Below are positions 20,757 to 31,627 of a stretch of DNA of 64,000 nucleotides, one piece after another. The position numbers were made by a program, and so were the translations under genes. A model generated the notes under the pieces. That model ran no database searches, was not told where the DNA came from, and saw only the letters and a program-made list of their open reading frames with translations. Source of the DNA: Nitrosopumilaceae archaeon (GTDB lineage: Archaea; Thermoproteota; Nitrososphaeria; Nitrososphaerales; Nitrosopumilaceae). Within the stretch, counting starts at the first letter, position 1. Each line of letters opens with the position of its first letter. The DNA is taken from assembly GCA_965200155.1 (NCBI GenBank), contig CBDATR010000010.1, positions 96,001 to 160,000 on the forward strand, in the 5' to 3' direction.

Positions 20757-22223
20757 TTATGGAAATGACACAATGTCTGATATGGCGCTCTCCATATCCG
20801 ACAACTTGATGCGCCGCTGCTCCATACTGTCTCGCTCCCTGATGGTTACAGTATCATCAACCAGCGTTTGATGATCTATGGTGATCGCCAGGGGGCAGCC
20901 TATCTCATCCAGCCTGCGGTATCGCCTGCCTATCGCCCCTCCGTGGTCAAGAAATGCATCAAACCGCCGGTTTATGTCAGCATATATGGCATCGGTCTTC
21001 TCCTTCAGGCCGTCTTTCTTGACCAAAGAGAGTATACCCACCTGGGTGGGCGCCAGGTATGGTTTTACGGTCAATACCGTCCTGTCATTTGTATCATCAT
21101 GGATCAGTCGGTGATCCAGCATGGTGTATATGCTACGATCTATGCCCATGGATATCTCAAATACGTGGGGCAGCACCTTGTCATTGCCGTCTATCACGTG
21201 GAATTTCTCTCCACTGTGCTTGGCATGACCTGACAGATCGTGGTCAGTCCGGTAGTTACACGCCACCAGCTCCAGCCAACCGGCAGCCGTTTCCACTTCA
21301 AAATCAAAGGCTATATCCGCATAGAATGCCTTCTCCTTCTCGCCCAGGCGGCGGAAGCGGGCCCTCTCCATATCTATGCCTGTCTTCTGGTAGAATTCCT
21401 GCAATATCCCTATATAATATGATATAAATCGATTAGGTAACATCCCCTCCTCTATTGCCCTACCACAGGTGGTTACCGTCATGTAATCATCAACATCCAG
21501 GCGAATCTCTGTATCCCTGATGTTATAGAATTCCGGCGTGTCATCATCAAGTCTGTCGGGGTTGCAAAAGATCTCTATCTCGGCCTGGTAGAATTCCCTG
21601 AGGCGGAGCAGGCTCTGCCTGGGGGCTATCTCGTTCCGGAAGCTCTTGCCCACCTGTGCTATGCCCATGGGCAGGCGACCTCGCATGGTCTTGTATATGC
21701 GCGGAAAGTCCACAAATATGGACTGGCATGTCTCTGGCCGCAGATATGCATCCTCACTTTGGGGACCTATCCCAACACGAAACATCATGTTAAATCGTTC
21801 CACCTTTTGTAGCGCCCCCTTGCATCCGGGGCATCTCACATTGTTCTCCAGCATGGCGGCATCCATGGTCTCGGCCTCTGCCGACTCCGGTATCTGAATG
21901 CCGCATACGTCATGGATGAGTCGGTCTGCCCTGTGGGTAGCCCCGCATTTTCCACAACGGGTTATGGGATCCGCAAAACTGGAGAGATGTCCGGACGCCT
22001 CAAATACTGACTTGGCCATTATCTGCGAGCCGTCTATCTCCAACATGCCATCCCGCCTGACCAGCTCCCGCCTCCACAACTCCAGAAACTTGTTCTTTAT
22101 TGTCACGCCCCGCGGTCCGTACTCCCAAAAACCCGCTGGAGAATCACTGTATACCTCACAGCTGGGAAAGTAAAAACCCCGTTCCAGAGCCAGTTTCATG
22201 ACCCTTTCATACATAGTGTGCAC
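20757..22223 (-). CDS. glyS: Glycyl-tRNA synthetase (alpha2 type)
   Basis: YLRPETCQ, GKSFRNEI, LRLREF, IGRRYRR. Confidence 0.93.
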   Translation of the reverse strand: MHTMYERVMKLALERGFYFPSCEVYSDSPAGFWEYGPRGVTIKNKFLELWRRELVRRDGMLEIDGSQIMAKSVFEASGHLSSFADPITRCGKCGATHRADRLIHDVCGIQIPESAEAETMDAAMLENNVRCPGCKGALQKVERFNMMFRVGIGPQSEDAYLRPETCQSIFVDFPRIYKTMRGRLPMGIAQVGKSFRNEIAPRQSLLRLREFYQAEIEIFCNPDRLDDDTPEFYNIRDTEIRLDVDDYMTVTTCGRAIEEGMLPNRFISYYIGILQEFYQKTGIDMERARFRRLGEKEKAFYADIAFDFEVETAAGWLELVACNYRTDHDLSGHAKHSGEKFHVIDGNDKVLPHVFEISMGIDRSIYTMLDHRLIHDDTNDRTVLTVKPYLAPTQVGILSLVKKDGLKEKTDAIYADINRRFDAFLDHGGAIGRRYRRLDEIGCPLAITIDHQTLVDDTVTIRERDSMEQRRIKLSDMESAISDIVSFP

Positions 22224-22244
22224 CTTGTAATGTGAAATAAATTC

Positions 22245-23084
22245 CTACTCCAGACTTCTGGCCTTCTCCAGATTCTCAGCGTTTGTGCGAACACTGTCTA
22301 TGGGTGTCTCAAGTATCACGGGTATATCCCTTGACGCCGCGGTGCGTACAACCTCGCCTAGCCCCTCCTCACCGATGCTTCCCAGCCCTATGTGGTGATG
22401 GCGGTCCAGGTTACACCCTAGGTCACCCTGGGCATCATTCAGGTGTATTATGCGCAGATGTTTGTATCCTATGATATCCTCAATCTGCCTAAGCGTATCT
22501 GTGGCGGTCTCCTTGTTCCGCATGTCATATCCTGCTACAAACGCATGGCACGTGTCAATACAGACTCCAAAGCGATCTTGCGGTTCCAGCTGGAATAGTA
22601 TATCTGCCAGCTGTGTGAAATCAGACCCAACAGAATTCTTCTGCCCCGCGGTATTCTCCAGCAGTATGGTAACATTATTCTCCACCTGCCCCGCAGTTTC
22701 ATATGCGTTGATCAGCCGTCTTATTCCGGCTTCCTCACCGGTTCCCAGATGACTTCCCAGATGCGTTACCAGATATGGTATTCCGAGAATCCCGCATCTT
22801 TTAACCTCGTCCACCAGTGTGTCCACGGATTTTTTATACTGCTCGGGTTTGGGTCCCGCGAGATTGGGCAGGTATGGCATATGTGCGCAGGTGGCTTTGG
22901 CATCAATGTATGAGGCTGCAAGATTCTCCTTGAATGACGCGGCCATCTCATCAGTTATAGGCCTGGCACGCCATCCTCGCGGATTTCTTGTAAATATCTG
23001 GAATGCGGTACAGTCTATCTTTTGTGCATTGATTACCGCACGGTCCAGCCCGCCGGATATGGAGACATGACATCCAATCTTCAT
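22245..23084 (-). CDS. nfo: Endonuclease IV
   Basis: GCHVS, HMPYLPNL, LENTAG, DTCH, HLND, DRHH, ILETP. Confidence 0.93.
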   Translation of the reverse strand: MKIGCHVSISGGLDRAVINAQKIDCTAFQIFTRNPRGWRARPITDEMAASFKENLAASYIDAKATCAHMPYLPNLAGPKPEQYKKSVDTLVDEVKRCGILGIPYLVTHLGSHLGTGEEAGIRRLINAYETAGQVENNVTILLENTAGQKNSVGSDFTQLADILFQLEPQDRFGVCIDTCHAFVAGYDMRNKETATDTLRQIEDIIGYKHLRIIHLNDAQGDLGCNLDRHHHIGLGSIGEEGLGEVVRTAASRDIPVILETPIDSVRTNAENLEKARSLE

Positions 23085-23301
23085 TCAGTTCATGATGGTG
23101 GCATCGTTAATTTAAACCAGAAGTCCCGGCTTGGTGGTAAGCCGGGGGCGAATCCTGATAATTATTACGGGACTTGTGATATTGGTCCTGTCTATAGGGT
23201 GACGTTCTGAGCAGCGGTAAATTCTACAATTCTGGTGCAATGGCTGTGCTGAGGGGAGCATTTACACCCGTTGCTTCCCGTATATCGAATATTTTGCCTG
23301 T

Positions 23302-25206
23302 CTAGTCATCGAGTGTATCTTTTACATCCGTTATCTTTTGAACCAGCATGCGGTTCACTGTGTGGCCGGGGGCTTTGCCACGAAGTTTAGTCATGGCCGC
23401 GCCCATGAGAGGCCCGGCCGCGCCATCTCCCAGATTCCGTATTAGATCCATCTTGCTGGATATGATATCATCCAGGATACGGGATACTTCATCATCGGAA
23501 GTAACCGAGGATCCTGTCCTTTCAACTGCCTCCTTGACCGAGCGTGATCTGCCCGACATTATTTCCCGAAATATAATCTCCACAGACTCTTTGGTTATGT
23601 CATTAGAGTCAAGGAGTGCAAATATCTCCCTTATGGAGCCATGTCCCATCAGTCCGGCCTCCAGTCCCTGCCGCTCCAGACTCACTATGGTAGAGCAGAG
23701 GGCCGATGCCACAAAGGCTGACGAGACCGAAGTATCCCTTACTATGTCTGAGAATATTGCAGTGTACTCTGAGTCCAGCAGCTGACCTGCAAGATGGGCG
23801 CTTATGCCGTATCGCCTAGATGTCTCTGACACCCTCTCCTCCCATGGCTTTGGCACGTTTTTGAGAGCCTCCTGTATGTCTTTGTCATTGATTAGTACCG
23901 GCGGGACATCGGTCTCCGGATACATTCGCGCGGATCCGGGACGGGGGCGCAGGAATGTAGTGGTGCCGTCCGGATTAACGCGACGGGTCTCCGCGGGTAC
24001 ACCTTGGTGCGCCTGTTCCAGGCGATTGGCGATAGCCTGTATAATATGGCCGGTCTTGACCGCGGGGGCGGCTATCATTATGATTCCATCATTATCTCCG
24101 GCACCGGTGAAATCACGGATGGCCACCATATCTTTTTCTGTTATGCCATACGCGGGTAGCTCGTCTGAGTGAAATATTCCGCCTATGCCGTACTGCTTGA
24201 CCATCTGGCCTATCTCCCTGCCCAGCCTTATGCCCGGATATGGCTCATATCCTAGCAATCCGGCAAAGTTACGTATACTCATGGCTGTTATGCCATTCCC
24301 GGACTTGATGGACTTGTGTATTATCTTGGATTCACACGATTCCAATATGCCGGTTACATCCAGGACCTTTGCCTCATACTTCTTGACTTGACGCTTGATC
24401 CTTTTGGATATGTCCACCAGTCCTGCCTGCCGATGTGCCTCATACTCTATGGCTTTTTCCAGCTGTTCCAATTGCTGTATGCCCTTTATCTCGACTACGC
24501 CACCACCGTCGCGCACCGAGACGTTGACATCCTGCCGTATGCTTCCTATGCCACGCGCAACCATGCCTGTTCCACGCAATAACCTACCCACATACCAGGC
24601 TACCTCCCGTACGTATCCGGGAGTGCCGCTCACCGGCTCCAGCGCTATCTCTATGAGCGGTATGCCAAGCCTGTCCAGGGCGTATTCCTTGGCATCATGA
24701 CTCTCTGTTATGGGGCGCGCAGAGTCCTCCTCCAGGCATATGGACTGGACTCCTACCTTGTAGTCTCCCACTCTTATGGCCCCGCCCTGCGCCACTAACA
24801 TTGTCCTCTGGAATCCGCTGGTATTGGAGCCGTCAATTACCGTCTTTCGCATTACGTATATCTCATCGAATATATCAGATTCCATGGCGGCAGCTATAGT
24901 CAGGGCCGTACGCACCGAATTCGCATCAATGTCATGGGGTGGCTCCTCATCATATTCTACCATACAGCTGTTCTGCGCCTCTCCGCTGTACCGTATTGTC
25001 CTGGCCCGGGACCCCTCGAAGAGGGCGGCATCATCGTAGTTGCCCATCTCGCTTCGTACGGGACGGAGATACCGTACAAAATGCTCCTCGTGGCGACCGG
25101 GTGGGGCTGTACCTGAACACCCGCAAAAGAGCTTTCTGCCTGTACTCAGCTGCTGGTGTATCTCCAAACCTACCAGGACTCCTGCATCTTTGTATATCTG
25201 GGTCAT
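23302..25206 (-). CDS. gatE: Glu-tRNA(Gln) amidotransferase subunit E
   Basis: VGLEIHQQL, DGSNTSGFQRT, RPRPGSARMYPETD; start taken at MTQIY. Confidence 0.93.
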   Translation of the reverse strand: MTQIYKDAGVLVGLEIHQQLSTGRKLFCGCSGTAPPGRHEEHFVRYLRPVRSEMGNYDDAALFEGSRARTIRYSGEAQNSCMVEYDEEPPHDIDANSVRTALTIAAAMESDIFDEIYVMRKTVIDGSNTSGFQRTMLVAQGGAIRVGDYKVGVQSICLEEDSARPITESHDAKEYALDRLGIPLIEIALEPVSGTPGYVREVAWYVGRLLRGTGMVARGIGSIRQDVNVSVRDGGGVVEIKGIQQLEQLEKAIEYEAHRQAGLVDISKRIKRQVKKYEAKVLDVTGILESCESKIIHKSIKSGNGITAMSIRNFAGLLGYEPYPGIRLGREIGQMVKQYGIGGIFHSDELPAYGITEKDMVAIRDFTGAGDNDGIIMIAAPAVKTGHIIQAIANRLEQAHQGVPAETRRVNPDGTTTFLRPRPGSARMYPETDVPPVLINDKDIQEALKNVPKPWEERVSETSRRYGISAHLAGQLLDSEYTAIFSDIVRDTSVSSAFVASALCSTIVSLERQGLEAGLMGHGSIREIFALLDSNDITKESVEIIFREIMSGRSRSVKEAVERTGSSVTSDDEVSRILDDIISSKMDLIRNLGDGAAGPLMGAAMTKLRGKAPGHTVNRMLVQKITDVKDTLDD

Positions 25207-26504
25207 GGCGTAATCTCTGATGCTATGGGAGTCGTCATGATATCCTGTAGTGGCCCCTGCGCCAGTCCCCACATGGCCTTGACAAGGGCCGTCTCCGGTA
25301 GCATATTATGCAGGGGGGTAACGCCCATGTGCAGTAGATCCCTGCCACTTTCATACACGGTCATTCCAGTTCGTCCCCATATGCACTGGGATGTCATTCC
25401 AAGAAATACGCCCTCCTTGCGCAGTTCCCGTATGACGCTATATGTGTCGCGACCTATGTGGCCCAGTCCAGTTCCCTCAAATATTATGGCCCGGCATCCA
25501 TTCTGTACCATATGCCGTAATATGGAAACATCAAAGCCCGGGTAATACTTTATGAGCTGCGCCTCCCTCTTTAGGGATATGCGCGGGGTATAATCACCAT
25601 CGTTATAGTAATCGTGCCAAATGTCATAATTACTTCTCATCGTGCCATCCTCGACCGTGAACGGGGGTGCTCCATTTATCGTACGGAATGCTCCCCGGGA
25701 GCTGGTGTGGCTCTTGCGAACCTTGGTGCCGCAATGTATGGATACGGCGCGATCATTTCCGTCTTGGTGCATGGCGACGTATATGCCCCTTGGTATATCC
25801 TGTACAATAGCCGTCGCGGCACCAAGCAAGTTCAGGGCCGCATCCGAGGAAGCCCTGTCTGAGGATCTCTGGGAGCCGGTAAGTATTACAGGTATGGGCA
25901 GGCCAGCCAGGGCGAAGGAGAGGAACGCGGAGGTGTAATGCATGGTGTCAGTACCGTGCGCCAGTATGATACCCTTGTATGATGAGTGGTTCTTGTGTAT
26001 GTGCTCTGCCATGGCCAACCAGTTTTCCGGAGTTATATTCTCAGAGTACTCGGACATTATCTCACAAGTATGCATGTTTGAAATTGCTGCCATCTCCGGC
26101 ACCGAGTCGCGGAGCTGGGCCGCATCCAGGGCCGGTGTCACTGCCCCCGTGCGGTAGTCTATGCGGCTGGATATGGTACCGCCTGTGGATATGAGCAGGA
26201 TATCGGGCAAAGACGAGTCCGGCTCTCCAGCCGCGTCCGGTGCCGGTACGGTAGCAGCATCCTGGACATACTGTATGTCCTGAATGTTCTGTATGGGTAT
26301 GCCCACATTATACCCGCTATCCAGCTTTAGCACTATGTGCTGATCATCGGAATGATAGTAACGGGGCATTATGGTTCCGGTACGCTTCCTGTCCGAGTAT
26401 ATCATAACGTACTGTCCTGCGGATATGCCATACTTTTCAAGACAGGCAGCAACCTCGCCTGTGTATCCTGTGCTGTGCAGTGATCTCACAATACGAGGTG
26501 ACAT
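25203..26504 (-). CDS. gatD: Glu-tRNA(Gln) amidotransferase subunit D
   Basis: STGGTISSRIDYRTGAV, HGTDTM, GSQRSSDR. Confidence 0.93.
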   Translation of the reverse strand: MSPRIVRSLHSTGYTGEVAACLEKYGISAGQYVMIYSDRKRTGTIMPRYYHSDDQHIVLKLDSGYNVGIPIQNIQDIQYVQDAATVPAPDAAGEPDSSLPDILLISTGGTISSRIDYRTGAVTPALDAAQLRDSVPEMAAISNMHTCEIMSEYSENITPENWLAMAEHIHKNHSSYKGIILAHGTDTMHYTSAFLSFALAGLPIPVILTGSQRSSDRASSDAALNLLGAATAIVQDIPRGIYVAMHQDGNDRAVSIHCGTKVRKSHTSSRGAFRTINGAPPFTVEDGTMRSNYDIWHDYYNDGDYTPRISLKREAQLIKYYPGFDVSILRHMVQNGCRAIIFEGTGLGHIGRDTYSVIRELRKEGVFLGMTSQCIWGRTGMTVYESGRDLLHMGVTPLHNMLPETALVKAMWGLAQGPLQDIMTTPIASEITP

Positions 26505-26521
26505 GTAGGGCGACTCAGTTA

Positions 26522-28720
26522 TTACCTGTAATAAGATGCTACCATGGTCTCCTGCATCTTGAGGTCTTTCTGTTCCCGTACCTTGCGTACAGCTTCCTCA
26601 AAATGCTTCATGGTAACCTTTGCTCTTACGGTGTTTCTCTCTATCTCTTTTACGTCTGTATACTCATCCAGAAATTCGTGTATAACAAGGGATACCGCCG
26701 TATTGGCTATGGATGCTGTGTCTGCCCCACTCATTCCATCGGTAATCTCGGCAAGTTTTTCTATATCCACATCACTGTCCGCGGATATCTTTTTGACGTT
26801 TATCTCCAGTATGCTGCGGCGGCTATCCTTGTCCGGTAGGGGTATCTGGATTATCTTGTCAAACCGGCCTGGCCGCAGCAGGGCAGTGTCTATTATGTCG
26901 GCGCGGTTGGTGGCAGCAAGTACTACAACTCCCTGTAGATTCTCCATGCCATCCAGCTCGGTGAGTAACTGGCTGACCACTCTCTCGGTGACTGCCGTCT
27001 CGCCCCCTGCCCCCCGTACCGGTGCAATGGAGTCTATCTCATCAAAGAATATGACACAGGGGGACCCCTGTCGGGCTCGTCGGAATATCTCCCGTATGCC
27101 GCGCTCAGATTCTCCTACCCACTTGGAGAGTAATTCCGGACCGCGTACTGATACAAAATTGGCTTCGCTCTCGGTGGCAACGGCCTTGGCCAGCAGTGTC
27201 TTGCCTGTGCCACTGGGTCCATGCAACAGTATGCCTTTGGGCATGCGATGCCCCAGCTTGTCATATAGGCCGGGGTGCTTCATGGGCCATTCCACCGCTT
27301 CCTGCAGCTCCCGTTTTACGTCCTTTAGTCCACCTACGTCATCCCACTTGACATCGGGATTCTCTATGAAGACTTCGCGCATACCTGACGCGGTTACCTC
27401 TATCAGGGCTCTCTGGAAGTCAGAATTATTAACAATAAGCTTGTCCAGTGTGTCCGGGGGTATCTTCTCGTCTTCCAGGTTGAGCTCTGGTAGTAATCGC
27501 CTTAGACATTTCATGGCAGCCTCCTTGCATAGATACTCCAAGTCCGCTCCAACATATCCGTGGCTTACTGCGGCAACACGATTTAGCTCTACATACTCGG
27601 GATCATTTTCGTCCATTAATAGTGGCATATTTCTTGTATGTATGGAGAGTATATCCTTGCGCCCCTTCTTGTTCGGGACCTTGATCTCTATTTCCCGATC
27701 GAAACGACCCGGCCGCCTCAGGGCGGGATCAATGGCATTGGGCCTATTGGTTGCAGATATGACAATGACTTTGCCCCGTGCTTCCAAGCCGTCCATGAGC
27801 GAGAGCATTTGGGATACAACACGCCTCTCAACTTCGCCGGTAACCTCTTCTCGCTTGGGTGCAATGGAGTCTATCTCATCTACAAATATTATGGATGGAG
27901 CCTTTTCCCGTGCCTCCTTGAATATCTCTCGCAGTCGTGCCTCACTTTCACCATAGAATTTGCTCATTATCTCCGGACCTGATATGCTAATGAAGTGAGC
28001 ATTTGACTCGTTGGCGACGGCCTTGGCCAGCAGTGTCTTGCCTGTGCCTGGGGGACCATACAGTAACACGCCCTTGGGAGCTTCTATGCCCAACTTCTCG
28101 AATATTTCTGGATGTCTCAGTGGCAACTCTATCATCTCCCTGACCTTCTTTATCTCGTCGGTGAGGCCTCCAATATCCTCATATGTAACCTGTGGTACAC
28201 CCCTCAGCGTCTCTCCCTTTTCCGCTATGTGAAATGTGGTCTTTTGCATAACCAATACTGCATCACTGGCGGGTGTTACGCCTATGACCTGGAAGGTTAG
28301 CCTGCCGCCAAAGTATGGAACCATGACATTATCGCCTTTTATGAGGGGAACACTCTCCAGAGCGTCAGCCAAGTATCTCTCGTCTATGGGCGGGATTGCC
28401 TCCAGGGGTGCCACTACTATCTTCTCCGCGGGGATGGCTTTGATCTTTTTCACCGTTATGGTGTCGCCTATTGCTATGCCAGAGTTGTTACGGCCCAGCC
28501 CATCAATACGTATTATACTCTTGCCCTCATCGGAAGGGTATAGTGGAAGACACTTTGCAACAGTACGGCGTTTTCCCTTGATTTCTATAACATCGCCGGT
28601 AGATGCATTGAGCGTATCCATGGAGTCATAATCTATGCGTGCCACTCCGCGGCCAACATCTCTGGTGTATGCCTCCAGTACCTTGAGATTCAGCGCCTGT
28701 ATACCCATGGTCTCATACAC
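26522..28720 (-). CDS. cdc48: CDC48/VCP family AAA+ ATPase
   Basis: Two AAA modules ([22 protein letters not shown]) and N-domain. Confidence 0.95.
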   Translation of the reverse strand: MYETMGIQALNLKVLEAYTRDVGRGVARIDYDSMDTLNASTGDVIEIKGKRRTVAKCLPLYPSDEGKSIIRIDGLGRNNSGIAIGDTITVKKIKAIPAEKIVVAPLEAIPPIDERYLADALESVPLIKGDNVMVPYFGGRLTFQVIGVTPASDAVLVMQKTTFHIAEKGETLRGVPQVTYEDIGGLTDEIKKVREMIELPLRHPEIFEKLGIEAPKGVLLYGPPGTGKTLLAKAVANESNAHFISISGPEIMSKFYGESEARLREIFKEAREKAPSIIFVDEIDSIAPKREEVTGEVERRVVSQMLSLMDGLEARGKVIVISATNRPNAIDPALRRPGRFDREIEIKVPNKKGRKDILSIHTRNMPLLMDENDPEYVELNRVAAVSHGYVGADLEYLCKEAAMKCLRRLLPELNLEDEKIPPDTLDKLIVNNSDFQRALIEVTASGMREVFIENPDVKWDDVGGLKDVKRELQEAVEWPMKHPGLYDKLGHRMPKGILLHGPSGTGKTLLAKAVATESEANFVSVRGPELLSKWVGESERGIREIFRRARQGSPCVIFFDEIDSIAPVRGAGGETAVTERVVSQLLTELDGMENLQGVVVLAATNRADIIDTALLRPGRFDKIIQIPLPDKDSRRSILEINVKKISADSDVDIEKLAEITDGMSGADTASIANTAVSLVIHEFLDEYTDVKEIERNTVRAKVTMKHFEEAVRKVREQKDLKMQETMVASYYR

Positions 28721-28913
28721 TTGAACACGATTTTTATACCTTTGTTAGGATTTTTGATTGTCAATTTTATGCTAATAGTATAATTTGCATATTCAACGCC
28801 GGTGCGTGTAGAATTCTTTTGGCTACTTATTTTTCAGTCAGGCCTAGACAGTATTCTGAACTGAAATAATATTCACAAAAGCATAAAATGCACAGCTCCA
28901 GATCCCATTCCAG

Positions 28914-29078
28914 ATGAAGTGTAGTATATGTGGCAAGGATCTAATTATACGCAAGTGGCTCCCTCATCCGTGTCAGCAATGCGATAGTGGTATTATTGCA
29001 GATACCCGGTGTCCAAATGAGGAACACGGAGACTGGACATATCGGTGTAATATGTGTGGGTGGAGTGAAGATGACTGA
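28914..29078 (+). CDS. Small multi-CxxC zinc-binding protein (54 aa)
   Basis: Manual: MKCSICGKDLIIRKWLPHPCQQCDSGIIADTRCPNEEHGDWTYRCNMCGWSEDD. Confidence 0.6.
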   Translation: MKCSICGKDLIIRKWLPHPCQQCDSGIIADTRCPNEEHGDWTYRCNMCGWSEDD

Positions 29079-29259
29079 TAAGGATGATTATGAACAATGG
29101 CTGGATGAATGGGTATCGGTGCGTGACGAGACCGGTTATCCCCTTACCAACAGGGAATATTACAAGCGATATTTCGAATCTGACATAGACCCAAAGGAGG
29201 TGTATACGGAGTTGAGGGAGGCATTTGAGGAAAATCGATCAAGATGGAGTAAGGAATAG
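29071..29259 (+). CDS. Small acidic hypothetical protein (62 aa)
   Basis: MTDKDDYEQWLDEW...; start overlaps the end of the upstream Zn ORF. Confidence 0.55.
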   Translation: MTDKDDYEQWLDEWVSVRDETGYPLTNREYYKRYFESDIDPKEVYTELREAFEENRSRWSKE

Positions 29260-29441
29260 CAGCTTGTGTGCAAGTCGTGTATCTGTATGAGCTTGTCTGT
29301 ATCTAAATTTACACATACTCTGTAGTTGCCCGTTTCTCGTGGGTGTTCATCTATTCAGCATGTTCATTATTCGCAGCTCTACTCCCTCGATTTTGGCGCT
29401 TGTTAGCATCAAGACATTGCAAATAGGTCTACAAAACGAAC

Positions 29442-29675
29442 GTAGCCGTTTAGGTCACCTACGGACAACTGTCCAAAATACATGACTAACATGTCTGTTC
29501 CTGCTTTTTCGTGTGAGTTCACCTATGTCTAAATTTACGCATAACTAATCGCGACAGTTAATGTGATTTGTGTATAAGATTCCGGAAGACGTGAACTCAT
29601 ACGCTTTTTCTATCTTACATATGCCCATGACTTTACCGTCTAGGTGTTGATCTTTAACGCGACCTAAACGGTTAC
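29442..29675. mobile_element. MITE-B with nested MITE-A
   Basis: TIRs, 9-bp TSD AAAACGAAC. Confidence 0.9.
29511..29602. mobile_element. MITE-A
   Basis: TSD GCTTTTTC. Confidence 0.95.
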
Positions 29676-30151
29676 AAAACGAACAGGCATAGACATCGTG
29701 GATTCCCTACTTGAACAATATCCATTGTATCTGTCCAGATTTCTGAAGTAGACTTCACAAGATGTTCGTTGATGTAGTAGCAGAAATCCATGTTCTGCAT
29801 GTCTCGCGTATGCTTTACAGCACAGAATAGTCTTTGTACCTTCAAGTGGTTTATCCATGCTTTGATTCACGAACACCAAATTGTAACAATTTAAACAACT
29901 CAAGGAAAACGTGGGCTCATACCATACAATTTATCACTTCAAAAACATAGACAGATACTATCCATTAAACAATCTGGCATTAATTTACCGCAGCCCAATT
30001 TCCTCTAGAAAATGCGTGGGTTTCTGCCATAGTGCTAAAAATAATTAATTTATCACTTCAAAAACATAGACATACAAAACTGCTTCACAATCCTTCAGGA
30101 GACGGGCACAATTTGCAACAGATTATTTAGTCTGTTAATTTTATCCATAAT

Positions 30152-30505
30152 ATGGCGGATATTAAATTTGATCTCGAATCTCTTAGCATACGACATGACT
30201 CTCCTGCAAGAGGGCGAATATCTGTATCGTATCCTGGCAGATATGATGGAGTAGTAATAAACACCCAAGTACTAGATTCTAACCATCATGTAACGTACAC
30301 GTCATCCAACGGCAAGCCTCTCTCAAACGTCCTGGCCAGACTCTTCATACCGCGTAGCGAGATGTCTGATAACCAGGCCGTGTTCACCGCTCAGATGAAC
30401 TTTAAGCCGGATCGTGATTATGAGATAAAATTTCGTGCATCCATCATAGAACAACACAAAGAGATAGAGAGTGTTGTGGTATTTGCGTCGTATTCGACCG
30501 CATAA
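30152..30505 (+). CDS. Hypothetical protein
   Basis: 117-aa ORF, beta-rich, AT-rich upstream. Confidence 0.7.
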   Translation: MADIKFDLESLSIRHDSPARGRISVSYPGRYDGVVINTQVLDSNHHVTYTSSNGKPLSNVLARLFIPRSEMSDNQAVFTAQMNFKPDRDYEIKFRASIIEQHKEIESVVVFASYSTA

Positions 30506-30655
30506 ATGTGTGGACATTGCTGTTCTACTACATGTTTGAAATTACCTACTCAAGGTTCATTGGATGCAATTCTATTGTCAATACGTACCAAGTTGACCCG
30601 TACAGATTTTGGTAAATTGCGCGTCTGTTCAAGATTTGCGATACAAGTTTGCCTT

Positions 30656-30912
30656 GTAACCGTTTAGGTCACCCCTGGGCAACTGTTCAAAACACACCGC
30701 TAACATGTCCATTCTTGCCTTTTCTATCATGTTGCCTCACACATGCCTATGAATTTACCATCTAGGTGTTGGTATGAGTTCACGTCTTCCGGAATCTTAT
30801 ACACAAATCACATTAACGGTCGCGATCAGTTATGCGTAAATTTAGACACAGGTGAACTCATACAGGTGTTGATCTTTAACGCGACCTAAACGGTTCTCAT
30901 ACAAACGGTTAC
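30656..30912. mobile_element. MITE-B with nested MITE-A and MITE-A remnant
   Basis: TIRs, 8-bp TSD TTTGCCTT. Confidence 0.9.
30772..30863. mobile_element. MITE-A
   Basis: TSD AGGTGTTG. Confidence 0.95.
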
Positions 30913-31101
30913 TTTGCCTTGTCTATGCACATGACCGCGGTAATGAGCCATGACCTGCGTTGTTGGACGCATTATCGTATCATTCCAATACCGCGTAAGT
31001 AAAAACATCCGGTTGTTAATGTTATAACAAACTTGGTTGTCCCAAATAACTGCATGAGTTCACGTCTTAATCACACACATGATTCATTTCCAGTAGTGGC
31101 A

Positions 31102-31569
31102 CTAGAAGCGTTGCTTGGTAATTACAATCTCTCCTGTCATCCAGGGATGGGGTATACAGAAGTATTTCAGATCCATTTCTTCTGTGAACAGAAACTCATA
31201 CGTCTCGCCTGGCATTATTATTCCGTCGCTACCAAAGGCACCACTGTACGAGTCCTCGGTGGCATGGTCCGGCGTTACTGTGTGACCTGTTTCGTCGTCA
31301 TTCGACCAGATCACGTGATTATCTATCCCCAGTTGTAGATTGAGCAGTTTGGGGACAAAGTTATTCTCTTGTGCCGGATCCAATGCGCCGGGTATCATGC
31401 TTACCTCAGTCTGTCCTTCCGGGTGCAGTATGTGCTCATCCACGCTGGGTTTGAGTAGGCTCTCCGGTAGGTAGAATACTTGGTAAAATACAATACTTGC
31501 CGCGACTGCTACTATGACTGTCATGACCCCTATTCCATAAGCTGGTGATGTGGTAGCAGTTTGGCTCAC
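31102..31569 (-). CDS. Membrane-anchored blue copper (cupredoxin) protein
   Basis: N-terminal TM, HTVT, YFCIPHPWMTG type-1 Cu motif. Confidence 0.9.
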   Translation of the reverse strand: MSQTATTSPAYGIGVMTVIVAVAASIVFYQVFYLPESLLKPSVDEHILHPEGQTEVSMIPGALDPAQENNFVPKLLNLQLGIDNHVIWSNDDETGHTVTPDHATEDSYSGAFGSDGIIMPGETYEFLFTEEMDLKYFCIPHPWMTGEIVITKQRF

Positions 31570-31627
31570 AAATACGAATCACTAATTGATATAATATAAT
31601 TTTTGTCGGTACCCGAGTGGTCAATAG

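Noticed and set aside
26544-27956. 470-aa plus-strand ORF
   Set aside because: Antisense shadow of cdc48; Ser-rich, no motifs.
29928-30075. ~26-bp direct repeat with 119-bp period
   Set aside because: Does not fit the 36/36 geometry; not counted as a spacer-like insertion.
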